From assembly GCA_009103225.1 (NCBI GenBank), contig RHPI01003369.1, forward strand, positions 1,037,490 to 1,101,489: a DNA stretch of 64,000 bases. Direction: 5' to 3'. Positions within the stretch are counted from its first letter, which is position 1, and every line of letters starts with the position of its first letter. This DNA is from Chlorokybus atmophyticus. Its lineage: Eukaryota > Plantae > Mesostigma and Chlorokybus algae. Below are positions 49,216 to 62,845 of this stretch, one piece after another. The notes beneath the pieces are model-generated. The model made no database searches. It was not told the origin of the DNA and saw only the letters and a list, made by a program, of their open reading frames with translations. Made by a program: the position numbers and the translations under genes.

Positions 49216-52188
49216 CTACGCTGTCCGCGCGGACAACTCGGAGATTCGCTGATATGCAGCCATGCGCTCCTGTTGAAACAGCTTGCGAAGGCGTGCACTC
49301 TCTTGCGGATCAGTGACCTGCATGCAAGCAGCTGAGCTGAAGCAACCATCAAGCATTAAAAGGTTATGAGTATGGCATGGCCATGGTATGGGCACAGCAT
49401 GGGTACACAGCATGGCACAACAATGTCAACTTGAAACGTACAACCTCGAGAGTAAGTTGCAGTAAGTGTACCGTTTCAATGGTGAGCTGGCGAAGGCTTT
49501 CGCGAGCTTTCTCCTCTTGCAGCGTTGACAGCAGGGCCTGGTCGAAATTGGACGCCTGGTTCATCAGCTTCATGGAGTGAGCGGAGTCCAGAGATACTCG
49601 CAAACCTGCATTCCATGAAAGAAAGGACCTTTGAGTGCATACAAGCCAGTTGACCCAAGTCAACATCGCTGGTAGTAGTCCAGCGCACAACTCCTGCATC
49701 ACTCTCCACCAAGCTAGAAGCTGTGGCCGTACCTGGCTTGCACAGAGTAGTTTCCTCCCACTGCGTAACATCAACCAGGCGTGATGAGAATGGTGTCACA
49801 ACGCCTGTTTCTTAAGGAACTCGCCTACACAGACAGGGCCACAACAATATTGCACCTGGTCAGAGTGAGCATACCCAGCTCCATCAGAATGTCGCGGCTC
49901 GCGAGCCTTATCCTGTTCCGACTGGAAGCTGCTGTGCAAACTCTTGACGCTTCCAGCTGGAGCGTCTGTGCACAAGCCATCAACAATAAAGACAAGCAGG
50001 CTTGCAGCAGGGCAAAGGTGCACACAACACCAGTGTACATGCCTTGTGTGGTGCGAACTGCCGTGGCTTCATCATCCTCAAAGTCATCATCACCGTATCC
50101 TGCATACATGTCTTCCGCATCTGCATATGCACCAATGCTCCTGGCTCCCGGCGACAGCTTGGAGGGCGCCGTGTGCACATTGCGGCTGTGACTGTGACTC
50201 CACTCGCTGCTTTTTGAGCTGGTGTCACTGCCATGACAGTGCAGTTGAGTACAATGTGAGCCTTGCAGCTCTTTGTAAATACACAGCATATGCAATGACT
50301 GGCACCTGCGGGGTGTGGTAAAGCCATCAACGGAAGTTGCGCCCGCGCTCATGCGTGCCATGCTCTCTCGCGTGCTGTCTTCCTCCAGTGACATGCGTAA
50401 GCGAGCTGCTTGCATCTGTCAACACGGATGAATTTTATAGGAGGACTTGCAAACAGCGCAGTCATGGCCGGTGCACCAAGATATCGACAAAACCATGGGG
50501 AGGTCAGCTCAGCGCTCTCATGCTCACTGACTGACTCACTCAGCAATGCATTGCTGTCTTACCGCTTTCATCATGCGCTCCTGCTTGGCTTTCATGGCAT
50601 CAATGCGATCAGCCTTCTGTTTCAGCTCTCTTTCAACGCGCTCTCGCTCAAGAGCCTTTTCCTTTTCCATCCTGTTATGCCATGACATGAAGCAGACTCA
50701 TTGCACAACACAAGGAGATATACGGCTGAAGTAACCTCCCACTGCGCAAAGGAAGGTTTGAAGCGTGTAGTATAGTGTTACCTTTCCACTTTTCTTCTTA
50801 TGTCTTGTTCTCGCAAATGCAGCTGATAGGCATGCTGCATCTGCTGCGACTTTACTTGCTGCTGCTGGCGCCTCGCACGCTCGTCCATCTCAAAACAGTT
50901 TAGTTCAGTTCAGTTCAGTTCAGTTCAGTTCAGTTCAGTTTGGTACGGCTTCAATAGCTACTGGGTTTGGCAACACTCGCGACAATGTAAAACATGCAAA
51001 CGGAAGCGTACAGACAGTCGCGCAAAGCTATTAAGCTGCAACATAGACACATGCACACCTCTCGTTGCCGAGCGAGCAGCTCCTCCCTTCTGCGCTCTTC
51101 CTCCTCCATGGCTCGCTCCAGCTTGCGCTGCCGCTCCTGCTCCTTAAACTCATCTTGCTGCCTGCAAGTGTCTGTACCAATTCAACAAGCGGTCCTACAC
51201 AACCACCACCTATGCGCCACAGACCTACCGTTTGAGCTCCTCCTCGTGCTGCCGGATTTGCTCCTGCAGCTTGCGGTGCTCCTCCGCGGCACGCTGCTTC
51301 TGAAGCAGCTCGCGACGTTTGACCTCTGTCGTGTCTTCTGCGCGCTCAACAACCTGTGCAAGCATAGGGTGTCCGTCTCAGCAAGCCATCTGCGATGACA
51401 CCTTTGTCGCTTTCTGTCCGATGGTAAGTAACGCATGCACAACAGCAGCAGCAGTAGCAGCAGCAGCAACAATAATGCAACACTCGTGACAACAACGGCA
51501 ATGACAACAATGCCGACAAGCATCCCAACACGGACGACAACGACAACAACAACAATAACAACAACAATGATGACGACGACATACCAATCACACAACAACA
51601 TCAGTGATGGTGGAGATGGTCACCTTCTTGTGCTTCTTCTCTTTCATGGCCCTCTTTGCGGCCTCTTCACGTGCTTTCTGCTGCTGCGTCAGTTGCTGCG
51701 AGAATTGTTTCAGCTTCTGCCGCTGCTCCAATTCCTGAAAGCCAACCAGAAGCACATTACTGTATGGTAAGCCTTGCAAGAATGCTTGCACCATTTGCAT
51801 GCATTGCCTTGGCGACACTGTCAATTACCTCCTCAATGTATTTGTCAACGTATTTGTCAAGTGGCCAAAAGTGTACAAAGACCAGCCTGATTATGATGTG
51901 GAATACAATAAACCCTATTTCATGATTATCGTGCAATGCAAGCTTGCAAGAACAGCTAATGCTTTCTTTCATGCTTCCTTCCTGGCCACAGTGAAACGGC
52001 TTCCCATCTAGACTGCAAATTACAGTGTCCCTGGCGCATCCGCAATGTTCAAGTTATTTACTAACAGGCCAGCCCACCTGCTGCCTCTGCAGCTCCGCAC
52101 GCTTGTTCTCCGCCGTCCTGGCCAGGAACATCCGCCGTCGCTCCGCCTCGCGGCGCTGAAGCTCCAGCGCCCTGCTGACCGGATCCAT
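49216..52188 (-). CDS. Uncharacterised E/R/Q/K-rich coiled-coil protein, multi-exon
   Basis: MDPVSRALELQRREAERRRMFLARTAENKRAELQRQQ...ERQRKLERAMEEEERRREELLARQRE...VTDPQESARLRKLFQQERMAAYQRISELSARTA*, with canonical splice sites. Confidence 0.75.
50899..50941 (+). repeat. (CAGTT)n microsatellite, intronic
   Basis: About 8 tandem pentamers. Confidence 0.9.
51438..51600 (+). repeat. (CAG)/(AAC)-rich low-complexity intronic tract
   Basis: Runs of CAG, AAC and GAC trimers. Confidence 0.85.
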
Positions 52189-52962
52189 CGCAAGCCTCCA
52201 AGTCCACCACCCTAGCCCCTCCTCCTCCTCGACTTCCTCCTCCTCGTTGTCGCCGCCGCCACCGCCGCTTGGCGTAATGGCGTTCCCGCCACGACACTGC
52301 CACGCATGCCAATGGTTGTTACAACTGACAACGTTACACATATATCTTTGAGTTGCTTGATGGCAGACCCATTGTAGGCTCTCAAGTGCTCGATATCGGG
52401 TTGCTTTGGTCAAGTCATCAAGTTTTCCAGGAGACAAAACGAGGTTCGAACCGTGTCTCTCTGCCTGCCAGCATCTGCCACTTCCCGCGCGAAATCGAAA
52501 AACGTGACAAACTGCCCATATGTATACATGCCGCTGCATGGGTATCGACGTTGTGCTGCTTATATCTGCCTATGGGCTTTTGGAAGCTGACGTAGGCTCC
52601 ATGGAACATTTGGTAGCACCATTGGTACAAATTGTACACTCACAATCACAAAGGGAGTCCCAAACCAGAAACCGACGCACGGAGTCTGTTACGTAACGCC
52701 TACCAAAGGCAGGCTACCAGTGTAGCCTACCACTGACTCTAATCCACAACTACAACTCATTATTCTCACAGTCCTGAACACGGCAGGAACATGTCTGCAA
52801 GCTTTTGCCCCCAGCAGTCTTCGACCAAGACCACCACACAGGCTGCCTGGCTAGGTGATCTGTCCCGCCCTGGAAAGGACTGCCACAAGTTCCTGAGTTG
52901 GGTTCGGGACTACCTAGACGTCACGAACCAAGTCCGGCTCGCAGCCAGCAGCGTTCCCAGCC

Positions 52963-55736
52963 ATGGCGCTGCGGGGCGGGCGAGCGGCGGCGTCGGCGGC
53001 GGCGTTGCTCTCCGCAGGGTTACGACGAAGGGGTGGAGTGGCTCAGTCAGCTCTGCCCGGCTCCTTTTCGTCGCTTCTTCCGCCGGCATGGCACGCTGCG
53101 GCGGTTACTGGAGCCTCCTGGCCGGAAGGGCGAAGGGGCATGGCGTCGCGGTCCAACGCCAGCCTCATGCAGCGAGTGAGGTCAGGGAGAGACGGGGTTA
53201 GGGTTTGGGAGGGCGGCATTGCGTGGGAAAGTTGGTGGTATTCAAGATTGCAGTGCATGCTGTTACAAGTTGTTACTGCTGTTTGCGAGATGATGCGACA
53301 GTTACAGGTAGTCAGTATTTATGAAGAGTTTAAGTTTTAAGAAATTGACAACGACAGTATTAGAGTAAACATAACTTACTGCCAGGCTTGAGCCGATTGC
53401 TTAGCTGATTATATCCTGATTGCAGTTAATATGTTGCACCAGGGAGTGGTGGTTGCATGCAGCACCCAATTCGCAGTGCTCGTCAGTATAGAATGCATGC
53501 AACCATCGCTTGCATATGAACGACAACATATGCTGTATTGTCGATCAAACGCGTTCAAGTAGCATGAACATACCACCACACTGAACCTCTGCGTGGTCCT
53601 CAGTTACATTAATTACGGCATTCGGATAGTGCCGGAGCGCACAGCGATGGTGGTTGAACGCCTCGGCAAGTATCACAAAACTCTCCTTTCTGGCATCCAT
53701 GTTCTCATACCTCTGGTAACAACAGTAGCAAGCAAATACAGCTTCTCCTCTCATGTAGTGCGTTCAATGCCTGCCAACCACAGTTGATGTCAGATCGACC
53801 GCATCTCGTACGTGCACTCGCTAAAAGAAGAGGCGCTGGCGATATCGGGCCAGACGGCTATCACAAAAGACAACGTGTCCATCAACATCGACGGCGTGCT
53901 GTACTTGAAGGCAAGCAGCGAAACGAAGTTCATTGTTTACCTATTTGGTTTGTGTTGGCCACAAACGCGGTTACGCATGCCCACATGCACCCACACCCAT
54001 GCGCACACACACATGTTGTGTGACACAGATAGTGGACCCCAAGCTCGCCTCATATGGCGTCGAGGACCCGATATATGCGGTCACGCAGCTGGCGCAGACG
54101 ACCATGCGGTCAGAGCTCGGCAAGATCACCCTCGACAAGACCTTCGAGGAGCGTGACACGCTCAACGCCAACATTGTGGTAAGCATGGGTGTATGGCATA
54201 ACAACGTTGGAGACAGGTCATGCCACTTGGAAGTGTTGGTTGGAGGCGGTGGGTATTGTTTGTGCAGATTGCCATCAACGAGGCGGCTGCAAGCTGGGGC
54301 CTGGAGTGTATGCGCTATGAAATTAGTAAGGAGCACTGTGATTGATGCATTAACTGGCAATCTCTTGGCTCGGTTTGTAAGCAAGCAACAAGCTCAGAGG
54401 GTTCAATGTTGAATCCTTGCAGGGGACATATCGCCACCATCTGGCGTGCGTGCAGCCATGGAGATGCAGGCGGAGGCCGAGCGACGCAAGCGAGCGCAGA
54501 TCTTAGACTCGGAAGGTATGGTATGCGGCTTACAGGATGACCCGTCGCCTAAGTTGCTGCGCTGCGCGACCAACAACTCGATGCGTGCAGGTGACATGCA
54601 GTCCAGCATCAACGTCGCAGAAGGCAAGAAGAAGAGTGTCATTCTCGCATCCGAAGCTAATATGATGGAGCAAGTCAACAGAGCCAAGGGTAGGGTTGCA
54701 ACTGGAAGCTTGCGTGTGGTTCCACAACGTATGTGCACACGCCCCTTTTCATGCATGCGTTGTATGTGGTTGCAGTCAGCAGGACACGCACGCATGCAAG
54801 TGCGCACTCATGCATGCGTGCACGCACACTTAAGCGCACATGCATGTTGGTTCCCATGGTGTGAGGTGTGTCACACCCACTTGCATGTTGTTGCAGGTGA
54901 AGCTGAGGCCATACTCGCGCGCGCCAAAGCCACTGCAGAAGGTTTGATGGACGTGTCGTCCGCTCTGACAGCCTCTGGCGGAATGCAGGTGCATTCCATA
55001 GCCGTATCAAATCACATTAGCATCTTCTACTGCTGTATTGAATCTACAACTAGTTTTATTAAACAGGCGGCCTCGTTGCGGGTGGCAGAGCAGTACATCA
55101 CCGCCTTCTCCTCAATAGCAAAGCAGGTGAGCTGTTGTGCACATGCACATTGCAGTTATCGTGTGTGTCATGTTGTGTCGTACAAACACACGACATGCGT
55201 GCAGGGTAACACGATGCTTCTGCCTTCAAACGCGAGCGATCCTGCCCAGATGGTGGCGCAGGCTATGGGCATTTACGCCACGCTGTCCAAGAGCAACATG
55301 CAGCAGCAACAAAAACAACCGCCACACTCCCCTTCCGACAACCCGCCCGGTTCATCCTCAGGTATGCCCAATTTGAAATCTAGGACTTGTTGCGCATGAC
55401 TCATTAGCAGCATGTTGGGTATATATAGCATTGGCTTGCATATCAGTCAAGCGCATGGCTATCGTTGCGCACGTGTTGATGGTTTGTCCCATTCCAGGTG
55501 GTGGGGACGAGACGAAGCATGAAGCCGGCGGCGACCATCAACATGGCAGCAAGAGGAGTAGAAGCTCATCATCTTCATCATCAGATATGACCCACGCGCG
55601 CGATGAGAGGCCGATTGTACAGTATGATGCAGCAAACAGCAGTAGGCGGGGAAGGAGTATCGAACATGAACACGTCAACGCGCATGCGCCCCTGGACCTT
55701 TACCCTACGAACGGGTTTTCTCTCCAACGCCATTGA
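52963..55736 (+). CDS. SLP2: Stomatin-like protein 2 (SPFH/Band 7), mitochondrial-type presequence
   Basis: [37 protein letters not shown]|[75 protein letters not shown]-terminal FSLQ. Confidence 0.95.
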
Positions 55737-56070
55737 TTCTAACTTAGAGGGTGCAGGTGCAATGTTGGGTTAGGTTGTGGATGGCAGCACAGCGCTGCCT
55801 GTTGATGTGATGATGCAGTGAATAAGTGCATGTGAAAATGTAGTTCAGTTTTCTGCAGGCACTGTGTGCGCGTGCGTGCAAGAGTGCTTGTTCGTCACCT
55901 GCATGTGCATGAGTGATTGCGAATATGGGTTGCTGTGAGTTGTTGGTTCAACTGCTGGTATGATGCTATGCAGGCGAGGCGTGGCACTTTATACACAGCA
56001 GTGACATGTAGCTCCAGCACCAGCATGAGCTTATGGAGTGCATAACTGGCCCGCCCACAGCACAGCAACA

Positions 56071-59000
56071 TCAGCATCGTTGTGTGTGGTGTTTTCCAAA
56101 TGTGTACTCGACGCTTTCTGTAGTGTTGGTGGTTTCAATGTTGTCACTGGCACTATGACTGCTGGTGAGCGGCGTGTATCGTAGCAGCTGCATAGTAGTC
56201 CCGCTCCAGCCGGAATTCTTCAAACCCCACACCTGCAAGTACACCGTGATGCTTTCCGGCAAGCTTGACACACGGGCATGAACAGTAAAAGCTATAAAAA
56301 CCTCTTGATGTGCATTGACATGCAATCGCTTACATGTGTGGAAGGCAATCCTCTGTTTTCATGTATGCATGTATGCGTGCGCGTGTGTGCATGCATGTAT
56401 GCTTGTCTTGAAGGTGAAGTGAAGGGCCAACAAACGTGTGGCTGCTTGACCCGTGCATGCTTTTACTCAAACAATGCAGACTCAGTTCAACTCAGTTCAA
56501 CACATGTGATGCCAAGATGAGAGAAAAGCTTACTAACCTTGACTGCCCCTCCAAAAGTGGCGGCTGCAATGACTGGCCCTCGCGTGCGCTTTGTGTTCTT
56601 GCCGCTGGTACTGTGACACACAGGTATCACACACAGAAAGCAAAGCAGATCCACACCGACACTTATGGTTGCGCGGGTGACAGCCGGGGCATTAATGGTG
56701 GGTATACCTTTCTGCAGTTTGCAGCGTACACACGGAAGTCACGGCGCCCGCTTCTCCAGTCAGCTGCACACGCCAAAGCATATGACTGGGCCAACTACAT
56801 GCATGGAGCATTGCATTTGCAAACACAATACACGCTTGCTCACCGTCTCAACATGCAAGCATCGTCCCGATGTGCTCGCATCCCAGACTCTCACAGTGCG
56901 GTCCGTTGAACCAGTGACCAACCTGCGAATGTATGTGTGATGCACGCCCTGATCAAGCGCCACATCAACACCTATATGTATATATGCTTAACGTGCTTAC
57001 ATGCGGCCACGCAGGCCCTCCGCGAAGCAGCATGCGTTGGTAGACTGCGTGTGGCCTTTGAGCTCCAACAACTGCTTCGCTGCCCGCCTATCCCATACCT
57101 GAGAGATACAGACTAGATATACTGTACGGCTAGTCAAACAACACACCCAACAGCAACAACTATCAAGGCCTCACCCTCGCTTCACAGCCTTCGCCATCGA
57201 AGCCGTTGCTGCAGCTTGCAAAGTAGTTTGCATCACTTGAAACGTCGCAACACAACTGGCAAGGCAATTGTTGATTATATATATAGTGCAGTGAAAACTA
57301 AGTGCACGTGTGCTTGTGCAAGCGTGCGTGCGCATGTTACAATGTGTGTGTGTGCGCAAGAGCATGCATGTGCATACAAGACAGCTGAGAGACTCTCACT
57401 CACTGGGATGTAAGTGTGGCCTTTGAGGGTCTGCACCACTTCCATGCTTCGCGCGTCCCAAACCCGGAGCCTCAAGTCCTCTCCTGCCTAATCCAACTAG
57501 ACGTTTGGCAATACGAAACTATTGCCAATAAGCCAGGATACCATAACACATTACTATCTGTATCACCTGCAAGAAGCACTGCTCGCCTGGTATCCAATGG
57601 CAATACGTCACCTGCCATGTCAATGACAAACCTTCACACACCTATCAACAACAACAACGACAACAACAACGACCACAACCACAACCACAACAGCAAGTTC
57701 ACTCACCACGTTGCTCTCGACGCGTGCGCATGCCAACTCTGTTCCTGTTTCCGCGTCCCACGTGCGCACGGTCGTGTCGCGTGACCCCGAGCACACCGTT
57801 GTCGCATCTGCAGATTGCCACATTACAACTACTCAATACGCAACAACTATGAGTCACTTTACCTCAGACATGATGATGAGGTTTACCTGGGCTGATGGCC
57901 AGTCCACTGATCACGAGCTCGTGGCCGGTGAAGGTATGGACACACTCGGCCTCTCCAAGCCGGTGCCTGTTGATGTCGCTACGTGAGCATCGGTTCCACA
58001 CCGTACATATGCGTTTACACACACTAACGCATGCACGCAGATGCACACGCGCATGTGCATGCGCGCACAGGAGTGTGCATGCGCATGCACACAGGCGCGC
58101 CCACACACAATCACAAGCAGCTTCTTTCCAGGGTAGAGATGCAACTGATCAGCCACATGCAACAGCGCGCACAACACAGAGAAAAGCATCACCACCGCCA
58201 CATGCAACTTGCATGCCACAAAAAAACAACCACATGTCTCTTACATCCGTATGGTGGCGTCTCGTCCCCCGGACACCACGACCCCTTCCGCGGCGGCGAC
58301 GCGGTTGACGGCCGCAGCGTGCGCAGAACGCCACGAATGCATCACGCCTCCGTTTCCACTCTCCCGCCCCCACTCAACGACAACCACCGCCTGCGAGCAG
58401 TAGTAGTTGTTGTTGTGGTGGTGGTGGTGGTTACTTGTCTTCGTTGTTGACACTGTGGTTGCGGTTGTTGGTGATGTTGTCGTTGGTGTCGCTGTCGTTG
58501 AGTTACAGCCGTCACACTCAACAACAGTGATCAGATCAGTCTCTTGCCTTGTCTTCTGAGCCTGTGGCGAGGAGGGATGGGCCGGCGGAGGCGACGCACC
58601 AGATGCTCTCTGACCCGTGCACCTGAAAACGAGTTAATGAGTGAGTTGTGTGTTGTTGACAGCATGAGGGCGACACAATGACTGAGTATCACTGAGTAGT
58701 TGATTGGATGCATGAGCGAATGTAAATCGTCGGATGAACCTTGTGCTAGTTACGGAGTACTTGATGGAGTGTTTTTTGCTTGTTAGAGTACTGCTTCACC
58801 GCTATGCATGTGTCTTTTTTGTGTGTGCTGCGAGTGTTTTGCTGTAATGTATCGTTCTCTCAAGCGTCATTTGCACTGCTTGTTACGTAGTCCAAAGTAA
58901 AGTAGAAGCAGAAGGACATTAGTAGGATATTAGTAGTTAGCATGTGCTTGGCAGCAGTGAGCAGTTCATCATCCAACATTTCTTACAATAGATAAAGAGC

Positions 59001-59283
59001 GGGAGTGTTTGATCATTGCATCAATTGCTGCATTGAAGCGACAACATCTTACCTGTGGCAGATGGAGTGCACAGTCTTTCCGCCTCTTGTTTCCTTCACC
59101 CTGACGCTCCTCCTCCTCCTCCTCCTCATGATGCTCATCACCATCGTCGCCATCATTGCCATCAGCTCCATCCACAATCTTTCTTCGGCGGGAAAAGCCT
59201 GACGTCGACGAGGCCGATGCCGCCGGCGCCCCGCCGCCCCAGATGGCGGCGGCGGCGGCGGCGGAGCACAGCCTGTTGCCCAT
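56071..59283 (-). CDS. WDR31: WD40-repeat protein, WDR31-like (ciliary)
   Basis: MGNRLCS start; ATGSEDK|AVVVVEW, VVSGGRDATIRM, FTGHELVISGLAISP, VCSGSRDTTVRTWDAETG...SNVVSEL. These match my recollection of the WDR31 pattern GHAMVVTGLAVSP...CTGSRD...SRNVVTHL. Confidence 0.8.
57645..57695 (+). repeat. (AAC)/(AACCAC) microsatellite, intronic
   Basis: Tandem trimer and hexamer repeats. Confidence 0.85.
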
Positions 59284-60043
59284 GAGAGCAGCAATGACTA
59301 GGACTTTAACGATGTCGCTATTGCAAACATTGGCAGCTTGAGGTACACATTTTACAACATGGCAAGCTGCTCAAGCAGTAAAACAGCGCAAGGCAAAGGC
59401 GTTTGTGCACAGACACATGCAAGGTGGACGACAAGGACGACAACCACCACCACCACCACCACCACCACAACAACCCTTTGCTCACGTGATGAGCCGAGTC
59501 GACAAGGCACGCCCTGAACCGCATCGACCGACCCGCCTCCCGCCGAGCGCCAAGTTGCCAATGCGGTTTCGAATCCCCTGTCGTATCGAGGATACGATAA
59601 CTCCGTTACGACAGAACATCGATCAGAATTTCACATGTGGTTCAAGTCGCTGCATCAAGTGGGTCTCATTTGCCCCAAGTGCGGCAACTGAAGCCCCACG
59701 CACTGCGGCCCCGCAGTCTGTGGCAGGCAATGAATTCGCTGCACAACGTGCACATCATGACATGTCAATCGCTGTGTTCGGGGTTCTGAAGAGTCATCAG
59801 TCAGTCTGTGTGTTTTGCCGTTTCGCGCGCATTTGCCAATTGGCGAAGTTGAAGCTGCAGAGCTGCCACGTGGCGGTTAGGTTTACGGCGGCGGCAGTGT
59901 CGGTGTCGGTGGTGGCGGCGGCGGCGGCGGCGGGTGGAGGAGGTCGTGGGTGACGAGGAGCAGGACGAGGACGAGGTGGTTTGTGGGCGCTGCACGGCTG
60001 GCCAAGCCGGCGGCTTACTTGACTGTTCGTTGGCGGCCGCGGG

Positions 60044-62261
60044 ATGTCAGTAACGGTGAGCCTGAGGGATGATTGGCCGTCCGTGTTGACGCTTACTTGA
60101 GGTCCAGGTCAGCTGAGCCTTGTTGCCAGTCTGTCTTAAGGCGTGCCTTGTCTGGTCCGATGAAGTTGCTTGCTGGTCGTAGCAGCAGCAGCTGGCCATC
60201 AAGCGCTGCCCTGCGTGCTTTGAAGCTCAACACCAGGCCATAGTTGATTGCCGTGTGGTTCCGTTTGCTCTGTGCACATGTCGCTTTGGCCCCTGTCGCC
60301 GAGCAGCAGCTGCATGCCTTTCTCTACATGTTGTATGATGTGTGCGTTGCTGCCACCGCTCGATAGGCTGTTTGCTCCTAGTGGGCAAGCCATTGTGCTA
60401 TTTGGTTCTGTCATTACGCAATTGGTTGGTACGCCTCATCTGTCTCAAGAAGCAACTTGCGTTCTATTCAATGTTGCATGCGAACGACATCGTCGATGCC
60501 AACTCTGAAAGCACATCATTGTGGTTGTGACATGCTACGTACCTCCAGGTGCTTAGGTCCGGCGAGGAAGCATGCGCTCCAGATGGCGCCTATGATACTA
60601 GGTGAGTGCTTTGCTGCAACCATAGCTGCCAGTGCGTCTGTTGAGTTTAGGGATAGCCGCTGCTATTGTACATGATACAAATTGGTTAAGGGTGCACATG
60701 GCACAGAATGAAGGTTGTGCATACGCATGTGTTGTTGTGGGGTGTTGCAATGTCTACATTGCCCAACCAAAGTGATTTGCATCCAACCAATTTGCACAAC
60801 TGTTGTATTAGTGGCGCGATGAGTGCACTGCTGTAGTTGACAGTCAATCGTTGTGACTTGTCAACACCGCGACTGCAGGCAACCTTGCAACATCTATGTT
60901 TGAAACACACACCATACAGGCTAGTAAATGCGCTGTGCAACGTCTTCTTTAGCATGTCTGAAGTGTTCACGGTGATTTTGCAATGCAGGCCAGAGCAGCA
61001 AACCATTGTGCGATCCTCAAACTCTGCTGCGGTGGCTTTGGAGGACAAGGCGGGATGTGTTGTGGACATGTCAAAACCGCTTGTCTTTCAGGTACACTGT
61101 CGGTCGGTGCATGACAACCATCAGTGTTCACCCAACATGAGCTCCAACATGTCATGTACAGGCAACCATATGCTAAGCGAATGCAGTCATTGTCGTCACT
61201 TGCCGGCACGCGATTCTTTGCCTGCTTCCTTTTCGTGAGTTGCTCATGTCACACACATTGCCGCTTTGCAGGTTGGCCACTTGGGTTCATATTACCAGCA
61301 GTGGGTGCATATCCCAGAGGCCAGAAAGGGACCTGCACGCTTCTTCAAGAGTGACATCATGGAGGTGAGCTTAAAGACATCCGTGTGGTGTGATCCTTAG
61401 CCACTAGTCATGCCGGATTCATGCCACAACATATGCCCTTTGCAGACGATAAGTCGCACGCCGTGGTTTCTGGTACCGCTCGTGTGGATGCCGGTGGTGT
61501 TCGCTTGTCTAGCGTACCCGCTTGTCCATTGGCAGCTGAGGAGAGATGTTGCTGTCGTCGCATTCCTTGCGGGCATGGTGGTTTGGAGTCTGCTTGAATA
61601 CCTGATACACCGATTCATCTTTCACCATGGCACTCAGAACTACTGGTATACCTGATGGGCATCCGCAGCATCACATGTTCATGTTCCTCCATTGTGATCG
61701 AGTCATTGACATGCCTTGTGTTCTGGCAGGGGAAACACTTTTCATTTCTTGTTCCATGGCTGCCATCACAAGTTACCCTTGGACAACTATCGGTTGGTCT
61801 TCCCACCTACTGCAGCAGCTGTGGTCGCCTCTTTGGTACGAAAGAGGCATTCTCCAGTTAGTCAAGCAACACATTGCATACTTCCAAGTGCGATGTTCAC
61901 CAGTTCAGTTGCTTGCAGGGCTTCCTGTTGGCACTTTCACTGGCTCCTTCTTTAAGAGAGGCACTCCCATTATTTGCTGGCGGCCTGTGCGGCTACGTGC
62001 TGTACGACTGCATGCACTATTATGTTCATCATGGGCAAATGTGGACGGCGTACCTGAAGCGCATGAAGGTATGCCCCGGCTAGCTTTCAGTGCTTTCAAT
62101 CGATTGCATAAGCTGTTGCACACGCTCACTTGCCATGCATGGCCTTGCAGACTTACCACCTTGCACATCACTTCAAGCACCCGGAACACAGCTACGGCAT
62201 CACGTCCACGATGTGGGACAGAGTCTTCCAGACTGGACCGCAAGTCCCAAAGCGTGTTTAG
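60044..62261 (+). CDS. FAH: Sphingolipid fatty acid 2-hydroxylase (plant FAH1/FAH2 type, no cytochrome b5 domain); 5' exons inferred
   Basis: VDMSKPLVFQVGHLG, RTPWFLVPLVWMP, His boxes EYLIHRFIFH, HFLFHGCHH, YDCMHYYVHH, HLAHHF, and YGITSTMWDRVF. TAG at 62259-62261. Confidence 0.92.
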
Positions 62262-62845
62262 CTCTATGAGTCCGTTTTTGCAGCATGTGGCGGTCATGTC
62301 TATTTTCATTGTCACATTGTTGTTACGATCGCAATTTCTGTGTTGCACACAGCTGTGTAGTAGGTGTAGGATTCAGGTGGAGCTGGGATAGTTGTACAAT
62401 TAATAACCTTATGCTCCTTTAAGCCAATGAGATTGAGTTATTGGGCTTGCTGAGCATGAGGTTGTGGCATATGACATGGATGTGCATGATATGGCGTGTG
62501 CTGTATGCAAGGTATTTGCATTTGGATTGCTAGTGCACTTTGCACCATCGCTGCACTTGCACACATGAGCACCTAGTGCACATAGCTGGATGCACCTTGT
62601 TTCAATGGTCATGTACACAGCTGTGGTGCAGATGACGACTTCAATACATGCATGCGTGTGTGAGACTACCCGGAAAGGCCATTAGTGGTGGTGTAGGTAG
62701 CAATAGCCCGGTGATTGGATTACGAAAAGTGTACAGGAAATTGCAGATACTATTGTACAGGATATGCGCGAGACATTTGGCGACTTGCATGACGTCAAAA
62801 CAGCATAGCATACCAACCAGCATGCAAACACAGTCACATACACCG

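Noticed and set aside
52443-52452. GGTTCGAACC B-box-like motif (also GGTTTCGAATCCC near 59566) suggesting a tRNA or SINE
   Set aside because: No cloverleaf stems and no proper A-box.
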